Shown here piece by piece: positions 1 to 13,700 of a stretch of 64,000 bases of DNA (positions within the stretch are counted from its first letter, which is position 1; each line of letters begins with the position of its first letter). Position numbers and translations under genes: made by a program. The notes beneath the pieces are model-generated. The model had not been told where the DNA came from, made no database searches, and saw only the letters and a program-made list of their open reading frames with translations. Location: positions 2,170,001 through 2,234,000 of the forward strand of contig OZ024751.1 of assembly GCA_964016885.1 (NCBI GenBank), given 5' to 3'. This DNA comes from Eledone cirrhosa. Lineage: Eukaryota.

Positions 1-3000
1 ACCTTCTCTGTTGAACTGTCATATTGAACCTTCTCTGTAGAACTGTCATATTGAACCTTCTCTGTTTAAATATCATATTGAACCTTCCCTGTTGAACTGT
101 CATGTTGGACCTTCCCTGTTTAACTGTCATATTGAACCTTCCCTGTTTAACTGTCATATTGAACCTTCCCTGTTGAACTGTCATGCTGAACCTTCAATGG
201 TTGAACTGTCATATTGAACTTTCTCTGTTGAACTGTCATGCTGAACCTTCCCTGTTAAACTGTCATGCTGAACCTTCCTTGTTGAGCCGTCATGTTGAAC
301 CTTCTCTGTTGAACTGTCATGTTGAACTGTCATATTGAACCTTATCTGTTGAACTGTCATATTGAACCTTCTCTGTAGAACTGTCACAGTGAATCTTCTC
401 TGTTTAACTGTCATATTGTACTTTCTCTGTTGAACTGTCATGCTGAACCTTCCCTGTTGAACTGTCATGTTGAACTTTCTCTGTTGAACTGTCATACTGA
501 AGCTTCTCTGTTGAACAGTCATATTGAACCTTCCATGTTGAACTGTCATGTTGGACCTTCCTTGTTTAACTGTCATATTGAACCTTCCCTGTTGAACTGT
601 CATATTGAACTTTCTCTGTTGAACTGTCATGCTGAACCTTCCCTTTTTAACTGTAATGCTGAACCTTCTCTGTTGAACAGTCAGATTGAAATTTCTCTGT
701 TGAACTGTCATGCTGAACCTTCCCTGTAGAACTGTCATGCTTAACCTTCCCTGTTTAACTGTCATGTTGAACTTTCTCTGTTGAACTGTCATGCTGAACC
801 TTCCCTGTTTAACTGTAATGTTGAACCTTCTCTGTTGAACTGTCATATTGAACTTTCTCTGTTGAATTGTCATGCTGAACCTTCCCTGTTGAACTGTCAT
901 GCTTAACCTTCCCTGTTTAACTGTCATATTGAACTTTCTCTGTTGAACTGTCATATTGAGCCTTCTCTGTTGAACTGTCATGTTGAACCTTCTCTATTGA
1001 ACTGTCATATTGAACCTTCCCTGTTGAATTGTCATGTTGAAACTTCTCTGTTGAACTGTCATGCTGAACCTTCACTCTTTAACTGTCTTATTGAACTTTC
1101 TCTGTTGAACTGTCATGCTGAATCTTCCCTGTTTAACTGTCATGTTGGACCTTCTCTGTTGAACTGTCATATTGAACCTTCTCTGTTGAACTGTCATGTT
1201 GAACCTTCTCTGTTGAACTGTCATATTGAGCCTTCTCTGTTGAACTGTCATGTTGAACCTTCTCTGTTGAACTGTCATATTGAACCTCCCCTTTTTGAAT
1301 TGTCATGTTGAACCTTCTCTGTTGAAGTGTCATATTGAACCTTCCCTGTTCAACTGTCATGTTGAACCTTCTCTGTTTAACTGTCATATTGAACTTTCTC
1401 TGTTGAACTGCCATGCTGAACCTTCCTTGTTGAACTGTCATGTTGAACCTTCTCTGTTGAACTGTCATGTTGGACCTTCTCTGTTGAACTGTCATATTGA
1501 ACTTTCTCTGTTGAACTGTCATGCTGAACCTTCTCTGTTGAACTGTCATATTGAACCTTCTCTGTTGAACTGTCATGTTGAACCTTCTCTGTTGAACTGT
1601 CATATTGAACCTTCCCTGTTGAATTGTCATGTTGAAGCTTCTCTGTTGAACTGTCATATTGAACCTTCCCTGTTCAACTGTCATGTTGAACCTTCTCTGT
1701 TTAACTGTCATATTGAACTTTCTCTGTCGAACTGTCATGCTGAACCTTCCTTGTTGAACTGTCATGTTGAACCTTCTCTGTTGAACTGTCATATTCAACC
1801 TTCTCTGTTGAACTTTCATGTTGGACCTTCTCTGTTGAACTGTCATATTGAACCATCTCTGTTGAACTGTCATATTGAACCTTCTCTGTTTAACTGTCAT
1901 ATTGAACTTTCTCTGTTGAACTGTCATGCTGAACCTTCCTTGTTGAACTGTCTTGTTGAACCTTCTCTGTTGAACTGTCATGTTGAACCTTCCCTGTTGA
2001 ACTGTCATGGACCTTCCCTGTTTAACTGTCATATTGAACCTTTTCCGTTGAACTGTCATATTGAACTTTCTCTGTTGAACTGTCATGCTGAACCTTCCCT
2101 GTTGAACTGTCATGCTGAACCTTCTCTGTTGAACTGTCATGCTGAACCTTCCCTGTTGAACTGTCATGTTGGACCTTCTCTGTTGAACTGTCATATTGAA
2201 CTTTCTCTGTTGAACTGTCATGTTGAACCTTCCCTGTTGAACTGTCATGTTGAACCTTCTCTGTTTAACTGTCATACTGAACTTTCTCTGTTGAAATGTC
2301 ATGCTGAACCTTCCATGTTGAACTTTCATGCTGAATCTTCCCTGTTTAACTGTCATGCTGAACCTTCTATGTTGAACTGTCATACAGAACCTTTCCTGTT
2401 GAACTGTCATGTTGGACCTTCTCTGTTTAACTGTCATATTGAACTTTCTCTGTTGAACTCTCATGCTGAACCTTCCTTGTTGAACTGTCATATTGAACCT
2501 TCTCTGTTGAACTGTCATATTGAACCTTCTCTGTTTAACTGTCATATTGAACCTTCTCTGTTTAACTGTCATGTTGAACTTTCTCTGTTGAAGTGTCATG
2601 CTGTACCTTCCCTGTTGAACTGTCATGCTCAACCTTCCCTGTTTAACTGTCATATTGAACCTTCTCTGTTGAACTGTCATATTGAACCTTCCCTGTTGAA
2701 CTGTCATGTTGAACCTTCCCTGTTGAACTGTCATATTGAAACTTCCCTGTTGAACTGTCATGTTGGACCTTTCCTGTTTTTCTGTCATATTGAACCTTCC
2801 CTGTTGAACTGTCATATTGAACTTTCTCTGTTGAACTGTCATGCTGAACCTTCCCTGTTGAACTGTCATGCTGAACCTTCCCTGTTTAACTGTCATGCTG
2901 AACCTTCTCTGTTGAACTGTCATATTGAACTTTCTCTGTTGAACTGTCATCCTGAACCTTCCCTGTTGAACTGTCATGCTGAACCTGCCCTGTTGAACTG

Positions 3001-5135
3001 TCATGTTGAACCTTCTCTGTTAAACTGTCATATTTAACCTTCCCTGTTGAACTGTCATGTTGAACCTTCTCTGTTTAACCATCATATTGAACTTTCTCTG
3101 TTGAACTGTCATGCTGAACCTTCCTTGTTGAACTGTCATGTTGAACCTTCTCTGTTGAACTCTCATATTGAACCTTCTCTGTTGAACTGTCATGTTGGAC
3201 ATTCTCTGTTGAACTGTCATATTGAACCTTGTCTGTAGAACTGTCATATTGAACCTCCTCTGTTTAACTGTCATATTGAACTTTCTCTGGTGAACTGTCA
3301 TGCTGAACATTCCCTGTTGAACTGTCATGTTGAACTTTCTTTGTTGAACTGTCATACTGAACCTTCTCTGTTGAACTGTCATATTGAACCTTCCCTGTTG
3401 AACTGTCATGTTGAACCTTCTCTGTTTAACTGTCATATTGAACTTTCTCTGTTGAACTGTCATGCTGAGCCTTCCTTGTTGAGCTGTCATGTTGAACCTT
3501 CTCTGTTGAACTGTCATGTTCAACTGTCATGTTGAACCTTCTCTGTTGTTCTGTCAGAATGAACCTTCTCTGTGAACTGTCATGTTGGACCTTCTCTGTT
3601 GAACTGTCATATTGAACCTTCTCTGTAGAACTGTCATATTGAACCTTCTCTGTTTAAATATCATATTGAACCTTCCCTGTTGAACTGTCATGTTGGACCT
3701 TCCCTGTTTAACTGTCATATTGAACCTTCCCTGTTTAACTGTCATATTGAACCTTCCCTGTTGAACTGTCATGCTGAACCTTCAATGGTTGAACTGTCAT
3801 ATTGAACTTTCTCTGTTGAACTGTCATGCTGAACCTTCCCTGTTGAACTGTCATGCTGAACCTTCCTTGTTGAGCCGTCATGTTGAACCTTCTCTGTTGA
3901 ACTGTCATGTTGAACTGTCATATTGAACCTTATCTGTTGAACTGTCATATTGAACCTTCTCTGTAGAACTGTCACAGTGAACCTTCTCTGTTTAACTGTC
4001 ATATTGAACTTTCTCTGTTGAACTGTCATGCTGAACCTTCCCTGTTGAACTGTCATGTTGAACTTTCTCTGTTGAACTGTCATACTGAAGCTTCTCTGTT
4101 GAACAGTCATATTGAACCTTCCATGTTGAACTGTCATGTTGGACCTTCCTTGTTTAACTGTCATATTGAACCTTCCCTGTTGAACTGTCATATTGAACTT
4201 TCTCTGTTGAACTGTCATGCTGAACCTTCCCTTTTTAACTGTAATGCTGAACCTTCTCTGTTGAACAGTCAGATTGAAATTTCTCTGTTGAACTGTCATG
4301 CTGAACCTTCCCTGTAGAACTGTCATGCTTAACCTTCCCTGTTTAACTGTCATGTTGAACTTTCTCTGTTGAACTGTCATGCGGAACCTTCCCTGTTTAA
4401 CTGTAATGCTGAACCTTCTCTGTTGAACTGTCATATTGAACTTTCTCTGTTGAATTGTCATGCTGAACCTTCCCTGTTGAACTGTCATGCTTAACCTTCC
4501 CTGTTTAACTGTCATATTGAACTTTCTCTGTTGAACTGTCATATTGAGCCTTCTCTGTTGAACTGTCATGTTGAACCTTCTCTATTGAACTGTCATATTG
4601 AACCTTCGCTGTTGAATTGTCATGTTGAAACTTCTCTGTTGAACTGTCATGCTGAACCTTCACTCTTTAACTGTCTTATTGAACTTTCTCTGTTGAACTG
4701 TCATGCTGAATCTTCCCAGTTTAACTGTCATGTTGGACCTTCTCTGTTGAACTGTCATATTGAACCTTCTCTGTTGAACTGTCATGTTGAACCTTCTCTG
4801 TTGAACTGTCATATTGAGCCTTCTCTGTTGAACTGTCATGTTGAACCTTCTCTGTTGAACTGTCATATTGAACCTCCCCTTTTTGAATTGTCATGTTGAA
4901 CCTTCTCTGTTGAAGTGTCATATTGAACCTTCCCTGTTCAACTGTCATGTTGAACCTTCTCTGTTTAACTGTCATATTGAACTTTCTCTGTTGAACTGCC
5001 ATGCTGAACCTTCCTTGTTGAACTGTCATGTTGAACCTTCTCTGTTGAACTGTCATGTTGGACCTTCTCTGTTGAACTGTCATATTGAACTTTCTCTGTT
5101 GAACTGTCATGCTGAACCTTCTCTGTTGAACTGTC
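1..5135. repeat. Block duplication: 1-~1545 repeated at 3589-~5135 (offset 3588 bp)
   Basis: Shared rare variants at a constant offset of 3588 (CCTTCAATGG, GAGCCGTCAT, extra 13-bp half-unit at 308/3896, GTCACAGTGAA); ORF pairs 181/3769, 430/4018, 943/4531, 1280/4868. Confidence 0.93.
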
Positions 5136-5599
5136 ATGTTGAACCTTCTCTGTTGAAATGTCATGTTGAACCTTCTCTGTTGAAGTGTCATATTGAACCT
5201 TCTCTGTTGAACTGTCACGTTGAACCTTCTCTGTTGAACTGTCATATTGAACCTTCCCAGTTGAATTGTCATGTTGAACCTTCTCTGTTGAAATGTCATG
5301 TTGAACCTTCTCTGTTGAACTGTCATATTGAACCTTCTCTGTTGAACTGTCATGTTGAACCTTCTCTGTTGAACTGTCATATTGAACCTTCCCTGTTGAA
5401 TTGTCATGTTGAACCTTCTCTGTTGAACTGTCATATTGAACCTTCCCTGTTCAACTGTCATATTGAACCATCTCTGTATGACTGTCATATTGAACCTTCT
5501 CTGTATAACTGTCATATTGAATCTTCTCTGTTTAACTGTCATATTGAACTTTCTCTGTTGAACTGTCATGCTGAACCTTCCCCGTTGAACTGTCATGTT

Positions 5600-8500
5600 G
5601 GACCTTCTCTGTTGAACAGTCATATTGAACTTTCTCTGTTGAACTGTCATGTTGAACCTACTCTGTTTAACGGTCACATTGAACTTTCTCTGTTGAACTG
5701 ACATGCTGAACCTTCCTTGTTGAACTGTCATGTTGAACCTTCTCTGTTGAACTGTCATATTGAACCTTCTCTGTTTAACTGTCGTATTGAACCTTCCCTG
5801 TTGAACTGTCATATTGAACTTTCTCAGTTGAACAGTCATATTGAACCTTTTTTGTTTAACTGTCAGGTTGAACTTTCCCTGTTGAACTGTCATGTTGGAA
5901 CTTCTCAGTTTAACTGTCATATTGAACCTTCTCTGTTTAACTGTCATATTGAACTTTCTCTGTTGAACTGTCATGCTGAACCTTCCCTGTTGAACTTTCA
6001 TGTTGGACCTTCCCTGTTTAACTGTCATATTGAACTTTCTCTGTTGAACTGTCATGCTGAACCTTCCCTGTTTAACTCTCATATTGAACCATCCCTGTTG
6101 AACAGTCATTTTGAACTATTCCTGTTGAACTGTCATGCTGGACCTTCCCTGTTAAACAGTCATGCTGAACCTTCCCTGTTTAACTGTCATGCTGAACCTT
6201 CTCTGTTGAACTGTCATATTGAAGTTCTCTGTTGAACTGTGATGCTGAATTTTCCCTGTTGAACTGTCATGCTGAACCTTCTCTGTTTAACTGTCATGTT
6301 GATCATTCTCTGTTGAACTGTCATACTGAAGTTTCTCTGTTGAACTGTCATATTGAACCTTCTCTGTTGAAGTGTCATATTGAACCTTCCCTGTTCAACT
6401 GACATGTTGAACCTTCTCTGTTTAACTGTCATATTGAAACTTCTCTGTTGAACTGTCATGCTGAACCTTCACTCTTTAACTGTCTTATTGAACTTTCTCT
6501 GTTGAACTGTCATGCTGAATCTTCCCTGTTTAACTGTCATGTTGGACCTTCTCTGTTGAACTGTCATATTGAACCTTCTCTGTTGAACTGTCATGTTGAA
6601 CCTTCTCTGTTGAACTGTCATATTGAGCCTTCTCTGTTGAACTGTCATGTTGAACCTTCTCTGTTGAACTGTCATATTGAACCTCCCCTTTTTGAATTGT
6701 CATGTTGAACCTTCTCTGTTGAAGTGTCATATTGAACCTTCCCTGTTCAACTGTCATGTTGAACCTTCTCTGTTTAACTGTCATATTGAACTTTCTCTGT
6801 TGAACTGCCATGCTGAACCTTCCTTGTTGAACTGTCATGTTGAACCTTCTCTGTTGAACTGTCATATTGAACTTTCTCTGTTGAACTGTCATGCTGAACC
6901 TTCTCTGTTGAACTGTCATGCTGAACCTTCTCTGTTGAACTGTCATGTTGAACCTTCTCTGTTGAAATGTCATGTTAAACCTTCTCTGTTGAAGTGTCAT
7001 ATTGAACCTGCTCTGTTGAACTGTCAAGTTGAACCTTCTCTGTTGAACTGTCATATTGAACCTTCCCAGTTGAATTGTCATGTGGAATCTTCTCTGTTGA
7101 ACTGTCATATTGAACCTTCTCTGTTGAACTGTCATGTTGAACCTTCCATGTTGAACTGTCATATTGAACCTTCTCTGTTGAATTGTCATGTTGAACCTTC
7201 TCTGTTGAACTGTCATATTGAACCTTCTCTGTATAACTGTCATATTGAATCTTCTCTGTTGAACTGTAATGCTGAACTTTCTCTGCTGAATTATCATGCT
7301 GAACCTTCACTGTTGAACTGTCATGTTGAACGTTCCCTGTTGAACTGTCATGTTGAACCTACTCTGTTTAACGGTCATATTGAACTTTCTCTGTTGAACT
7401 GACATGCTGAACCGTCCTTGTTGAACTGTCATGTTGAACCTTCTCAGTTGAACTGTCATATTGAACCTTCTTTGTTTAACTGTCATATTGAACTTTACCT
7501 GTTGAACTGTCATACTGAACCTTCTCTGTTGAACTGTCATATTGAACATTCTCTGTTGAACTGTCATGTTGGAACTTCTCAGTTTAACTGTCATATTGAA
7601 CCTTCTTTGTTTAACTGTCATATTGAACTTTCCCTGTTGAACTGTCATACTGAACCTTCTCTGTTGAACTGTCAGATTGAACTTTCTCTGTTGAACTGTC
7701 ATGCTGAACCTTCCCTGTTGAACTGTCATGCTGGACCTTCCCTGTTTAACTGTCATATTGAACTTTCTCTGTTGAACTGTCATGCTGAACCTTCCCTCTT
7801 TAACTCTCATATTGAACCATCCCTGTTGAACTGTCATTTTGAACTTTTCCTGTTGAACTGTCATGCTGGACCTTCCCTGTTAAACAGTCATGCTGAACCT
7901 TCCCTGTTTAACTGTCATGCTGAACCTTCTCTGTTGAACTGTCATATTGAAGTTCTCTGTTGAACTGTGATGCTGAATCTTTCCTGTTGAACTGTCATGC
8001 TGAACCTTCTCTGTTTAACTGTCATGTTGATCATTCTCTGTTGAACTGTCATACTGAAGCTTCTCTGTTGAACTGTCATATTGAACCTTCTCTGTTGAAG
8101 TGTCATATTGAACCTTCCCTGTTCAACTGTCATGTTGAATCTTCTCTGTTTAACTGTCATATTGAAACTTCTCTGTTGAACTGTCATGCTGAACCTTCAC
8201 TCTTTAACTGTCTTATTGAACTTTCTCTGTTGAACTGTCATGCTGAATCTTCCCTGTTTAACTGTCATGTTGGACCTTCTCTGTTGAACTGTCATATTGA
8301 ACCTTCTCTGTTGAACTGTCATGTTGAACCTTCTCTGTTCAACTGTCATATTGAGCTTTCTCTGTTGAACTGTCATGTTGAACCTTCTCTGTTGAACTGT
8401 CATATTGAACCTTCCCTGTTCAACTGTCATGTTGAACCTTCTCTGTTTAACTGTCATATTGAACTTTCTCTGTTGAACTGCCATGCTCAACCTTCCTTGT

Positions 8501-11500
8501 TGAACTGTCATGTTGAACCTTCTCTGTTGAACTGTCATGTTGGACCTTCTCTGTTGAACTGTCATATTGAACTTTCTCTGTTGAACTGTCATGCTGAACC
8601 TTCTCTGTTGAACTGTCATGTTGAACCTTCTCTGTTGAAATGTCATGTTGAACCTTCTCTGTTGAAGTGTCATATTGAACCTTCTCTGTTGAACTGTCAC
8701 GTTGAACCTTTTCTGTTGAACTGTCATATTGAACCTTCCCAGTTGAATTGTCATGTTGACCCTTCTCTGTTGAAATGTCATGTTGAACCTTCTCTGTTGA
8801 ACTGTCATATTGAACCTTCTCTGTTGAACTGTCATGTTGAACCTTCTCTGTTGAACTGTCATATTGAACCTTCCCTGTTGAATTGTCATGTTGAACCTTC
8901 TCTGTTGAACTGTCATATTGAACCTTCCCTGTTCAACTGTCATATTGAACCATCTCTGTATAAGTGTCATATTGAACCTTCTCTGTTGAACTGTCATGTT
9001 GAATCTTCTCTGTTTAACTGTCATATTGAACTTTCTCTGTTTAACTGTCATGCTGAACCTTCTCTGTTGAACTGTCATGTTGAACCTTCTTTGTTGAAAT
9101 GTCATGTTGAACCTTCTCTGTTGAAGTGTCATATTGAACCTTCTCTGTTGAACTGTCATGTTGAACCTTCTCTGTTGAACTGTCATATTGAACCTTCCCA
9201 GTTGAATTGTCATGTTGAACCTTCTCTGTTGAAATGTCATGTTGAACCTTCTCTGTTGAACTGTCATGTTGAATCTTCTCTGTTTAACTGTCATATTGAA
9301 CTTTCTCTGTTGAACTGTCATGGTGAACCTTCCCTGTTGAACTGTCATGTTGGACCTTCTCTGTTGAACTGTCATATTGAACCTTCCCTGTTGAACTGTC
9401 ATGTTGGACCTTCTCTGTTGAAATATCATATTGAACTTTCTCTGTTGAACTGTCATGCTGAACTTTCTCTGCTGAATTATCATGCTGAACCTTCACTGTT
9501 GAACTGTCATGTTGAACGTTCCCTGTTGAACTGTCATGTTGAACCTACTCTGTTTAACGGTCATATTGAACTTTCTCTGTTGAACTGACATGCTGAACCT
9601 TCCTTGTTGAACTGTCATGTTGAACCTTCTCTGTTGAACTGTCATATTGAACCTTCTCTGTTTAACTGTCGTATTGAACCTTCCCTGTTGAACTGTCATA
9701 TTGAACTTTCTCAGTTGAACTGTCATATTGAACCTTCTTTGTTTAACTGTCATATTGAACTTTCCCTGTTGAACTGTCATACTGAACCTTCTCTGTTGAA
9801 CTGTCATATTGAACATTCTCTGTTGAACTGTCATGTTGGAACTTCTCAGTTTAACTGTCATATTGAACCTTCTCTGTTTAACTGTCAGATTGAACTTTCT
9901 CTGTTGAACTGTCATGCTGAACCTTCCCTGTTGAACTGTCATGCTGGACCTTCCCTGTTTAACTGTCATATTGAACTTTCTCTGTTGAACTGTCATGCTG
10001 AACCTTCCCTCTTTAACTCTCATATTGAACCATCCCTGTTGAACTGTCATTTTGAACTTTTCCTGTTGAACTGTCATGCTGGACCTTCCCTGTTAAACAG
10101 TCATGCTGAACCGTCCCTGTTTAACTGTCATGCTGAACCTTCTCTGTTGAACTGTCATATTGAAGTTCTCTGTTGAACTGTGATGCTGAATCTTTCCTGT
10201 TGAACTGTCATGCTGAACCTTCTCTGTTTAACTGTCATGTTCATCATTCTCTGTTGAACTGTCATGCTGAATCTTCCCTGTTTAACTGTCATGTTGGACC
10301 TTCTCTGTTGAACTGTCATATTGAACCTTCTCTGTTGAACTGTCATGTTGAACCTTCTCTGTTGAACTGTCATATTGAGCCTTTTCTGTTGAACTGTCAT
10401 ATTGAACCTCCCCTTTTTGAATTGTCATGTTGAACTTTCTCTGTTGAAGTGTCATATTGAACCTTCCCTGTTCAACTGTCATGTTGAACCTTCTCTGTTT
10501 AACTGTCATATTGAACTTTCTCTGTTGAACTGCCATGCTCAACCTTCCTTGTTGAACTGTCATGTTGAACCTTCTCTGTTGAACTGTCATGTTGGACCTT
10601 CTCTGTTGAACTGTCATATTGAACTTTCTCTGTTGAACTGTCATGCTGAACCTTCTCTGTTGAACTGTCATGTTGAACCTTCTCTGTTGAAATGTCATGT
10701 TGAACCTTCTCTGTTGAAGTGTCATATTGAACCTTCTCTGTTGAACTGTCACGTTGAACCTTCTCTGTTGAACTGTCATATTGAACCTTCCCAGTTGAAT
10801 TGTCATGTTGACCCTTCTCTGTTGAAATGTCATGTTGAACCTTCTCTGTTGAACTGTCATATTGAACCTTCTCTGTTGAACTGTCATGTTGAACCTTCTC
10901 TGTTGAACTGTCATATTGAACCTTCCCTGTTGAATTGTCATGTTGAACCTTCTCTGTTGAACTGTCATATTGAACCTTCCCTGTTCAACTGTCATATTGA
11001 ACCATCTCTGTATAAGTGTCATATTGAACCTTCTCTGTTGAACTGTCATGTTGAATCTTCTCTGTTTAACTGTCATATTGAACTTTCTCTGTTGAACTGT
11101 CATGCTGAACCTTCTCTGTTGAACTGTCATGTGGAACCTTCTTTGTTGAAATGTCATGTTGAACCTTCTCTGTTGAAGTGTCATATTGAACCTTCTCTGT
11201 TGAACTGTCATGTTGAACCTTCTCTGTTGAACTGTCATATTGAACCTTCCCAGTTGAATTGTCATGTTGAACCTTCTCTGTTGAAATGTCATGTTGAACC
11301 TTCTCTGTTGAACTGTCATGTTGAATCTTCTCTGTTTAACTGTCATATTGAACTTTCTCTGTTGAACTGTCATGGTGAACCTTCCCTGTTGAACTGTCAT
11401 GTTGGACCTTCTCTGTTGAACTGTCGTATTGAACCTTCCCTGTTGAACTGTCATGCTGAACTTTCTCTGCTGAATTATCATGCTGAACCTTCACTGTTGA

Positions 11501-13700
11501 ACTGTCATGTTGAACGTTCCCTGTTGAACTGTCATGTTGAACCTACTCTGTTTAACGGTCATATTGAACTTTCTCTGTTGAACTGACATGCTGAACATTC
11601 CTTGTTGAACTGTCATGTTGAACCTTCTCTGTTTAACTGTCATATTGAACCTTCTCTGTTTAACTGTCATATTGAACCTTCTCTGTTTAACTGTCGTATT
11701 GAACCTTCCCTGTTGAACTGTCATATTGAACTTTCTCAGTTGAACTGTCATATTGAACCTTCTTTGTTTAACTGTCATATTGAACTTTCCCTGTTGAACT
11801 GTCATACTGAACCTTCTCTGTTGAACTGTCATATTGAACATTCTCTGTTGAACTGTCATGTTGGAACTTCTCAGTTTAACTGTCATATTGAACCTTCTCT
11901 GTTTAACTGTCATATTGAACTTTCTCTGTTGAACTGTCATGCTGAACCTTCTCTGTTGAACTGTCATGCGGGACCTTCCCTGTTTAACTGTCATATTGAA
12001 CTTTCTCTGTTGAACTGTCATGCTGAACCTTCCCTGTTTAACTCTCATATTGAACCATCCCTGTTGAACTGTCATTTTGAACTTTTCCTGTTGAACTGTC
12101 ATGCTGGACCTTCCCTGTTAAACAGTCATGCTGAACCTTCCCTGTTTAACTGTCATGCTGAACCTTCTCTGTTGAACTGTCATATTGAAGTTCTCTGTTG
12201 AACTGTGATGCTGAATCTTCGCTGTTGAACTGTCATGCTGAACCTTCTCTGTTTAACTGTCATGTTGATCATTCTCTGTTGAACTGTCATACTGAAGCTT
12301 CTCTGTTGAACTGTCATATTGAACCTCCTCTGTTGAAGTGTCATATTGAACCTTCCCTGTTCAACTGTCATGTTGAACCTTCTCTGTTTAACTGTCATAT
12401 TGAACTTTCTCTGTTGAACTGCCATGCTGAACCTTCCTTGTTGAACTGTCATGTTGAACCTTCTCTGTTGAACTGTCATGTTGGACCTTCTCTGTTGAAC
12501 TGTCATATTGAACTTTCTCTGTTGAACTGTCATGCTGAACTTTCTCTGTTGAACTGTCATGTTGAACCTTCTTTGTTGAAATGTCATGTTGAACCTTCTC
12601 TGTTGAAGTGTCATATTGAACCTTCTCTGTTGAACTGTCATGTTGAACCTTCTCTGTTGAACTGTCATATTGAACCTTCCCAGTTGAATTGTCATGTTGA
12701 ACCTTCTCTGTTGAAATGTCATGTTGAACCTTCTCTGTTGAACTGTCATATTGAACCTTCTCTGTTGAACTGTCATGTTGACCCTTCTCTGTTGAACTGT
12801 CATATTGAACCTTCCCTGTTGAATTGTCATGTTGAACCTTCTCTGTTGAAATGTCATGTTGAACCTTCTCTGTTGAACTGTCATATTGAACCTTCTCTGT
12901 TGAACTGTCATATTGAACTTTATCTGATGAACTGTCATGCTGAAGCTTCCCTGTTGAACTGGCATGCTGAACTTTCTCTGCTGAATTATCATGCTGAACC
13001 TTCACTGTTGAACTGTCATGTTGAACGTTCCCTGTTGAACTGTCATGTTGAACCTACTCTGTTTAACGGTCATATTGAACTTTCTCTGTTGAACTGACAT
13101 GCTGAACCTTCCTTGTTGAACTGTCATGTTGAACCTACTCTGTTGAACTGTCATATTGAACCTTCTCTGTTTAACTGTTGTATTGAACCTTCCCTGTTGA
13201 ACTGTCATATTGAACTTTCTCAGTTGAACTGTCATATTGAACCTTCTTTGTTTAACTGTCATATTGAACTTTCCCTGTTGAACTGTCATACTGAACCTTC
13301 TCTGTTGAACTGTCATATTGAACATTCTCTGTTGAACTGTCATGTTGGAACTTTTCAGTTTAACTGTCATATTGAACCTTCTCTGTTTAACTGTCATATT
13401 GAACTTTCTCTGTTGAACTGTCATGCTGAACCTTCCCTGTTGAACTGTCATGCTGGACCTTCCCTGTTTAACTGTCATATTGAACTTTCTCTGTTGAAAC
13501 TGTCATGCTGAACCTTCCCTGTTTAACTCTCATATTGAACCATCCCTGTTGAACTGTCATTTTGAACTTTCCCTGTTGAAATGTCATGCTGGACCTTCCC
13601 TGTTAAACAGTCATGCTGAACCTTCCCTGTTTAACTGTCATGCTGAACCTTCTCTGTTGAACTGTCATATTGAAGCTCTCTGTTGAACTGTGATGCTGAA
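5600..13700. repeat. Irregular higher-order repeat, about 5 related units of 1.5-2.2 kb
   Basis: The same ordered marker cassette (CCTACTCT GTTTAACGGTCA, AACTGACATG, GGAACTTCTCAG, CATTTTGAAC, GTTAAACAGTC, 26-bp GAAGTTCTCT monomer) recurs ending near 6214, 7942, 10155, 12180 and 13665. Confidence 0.85.
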
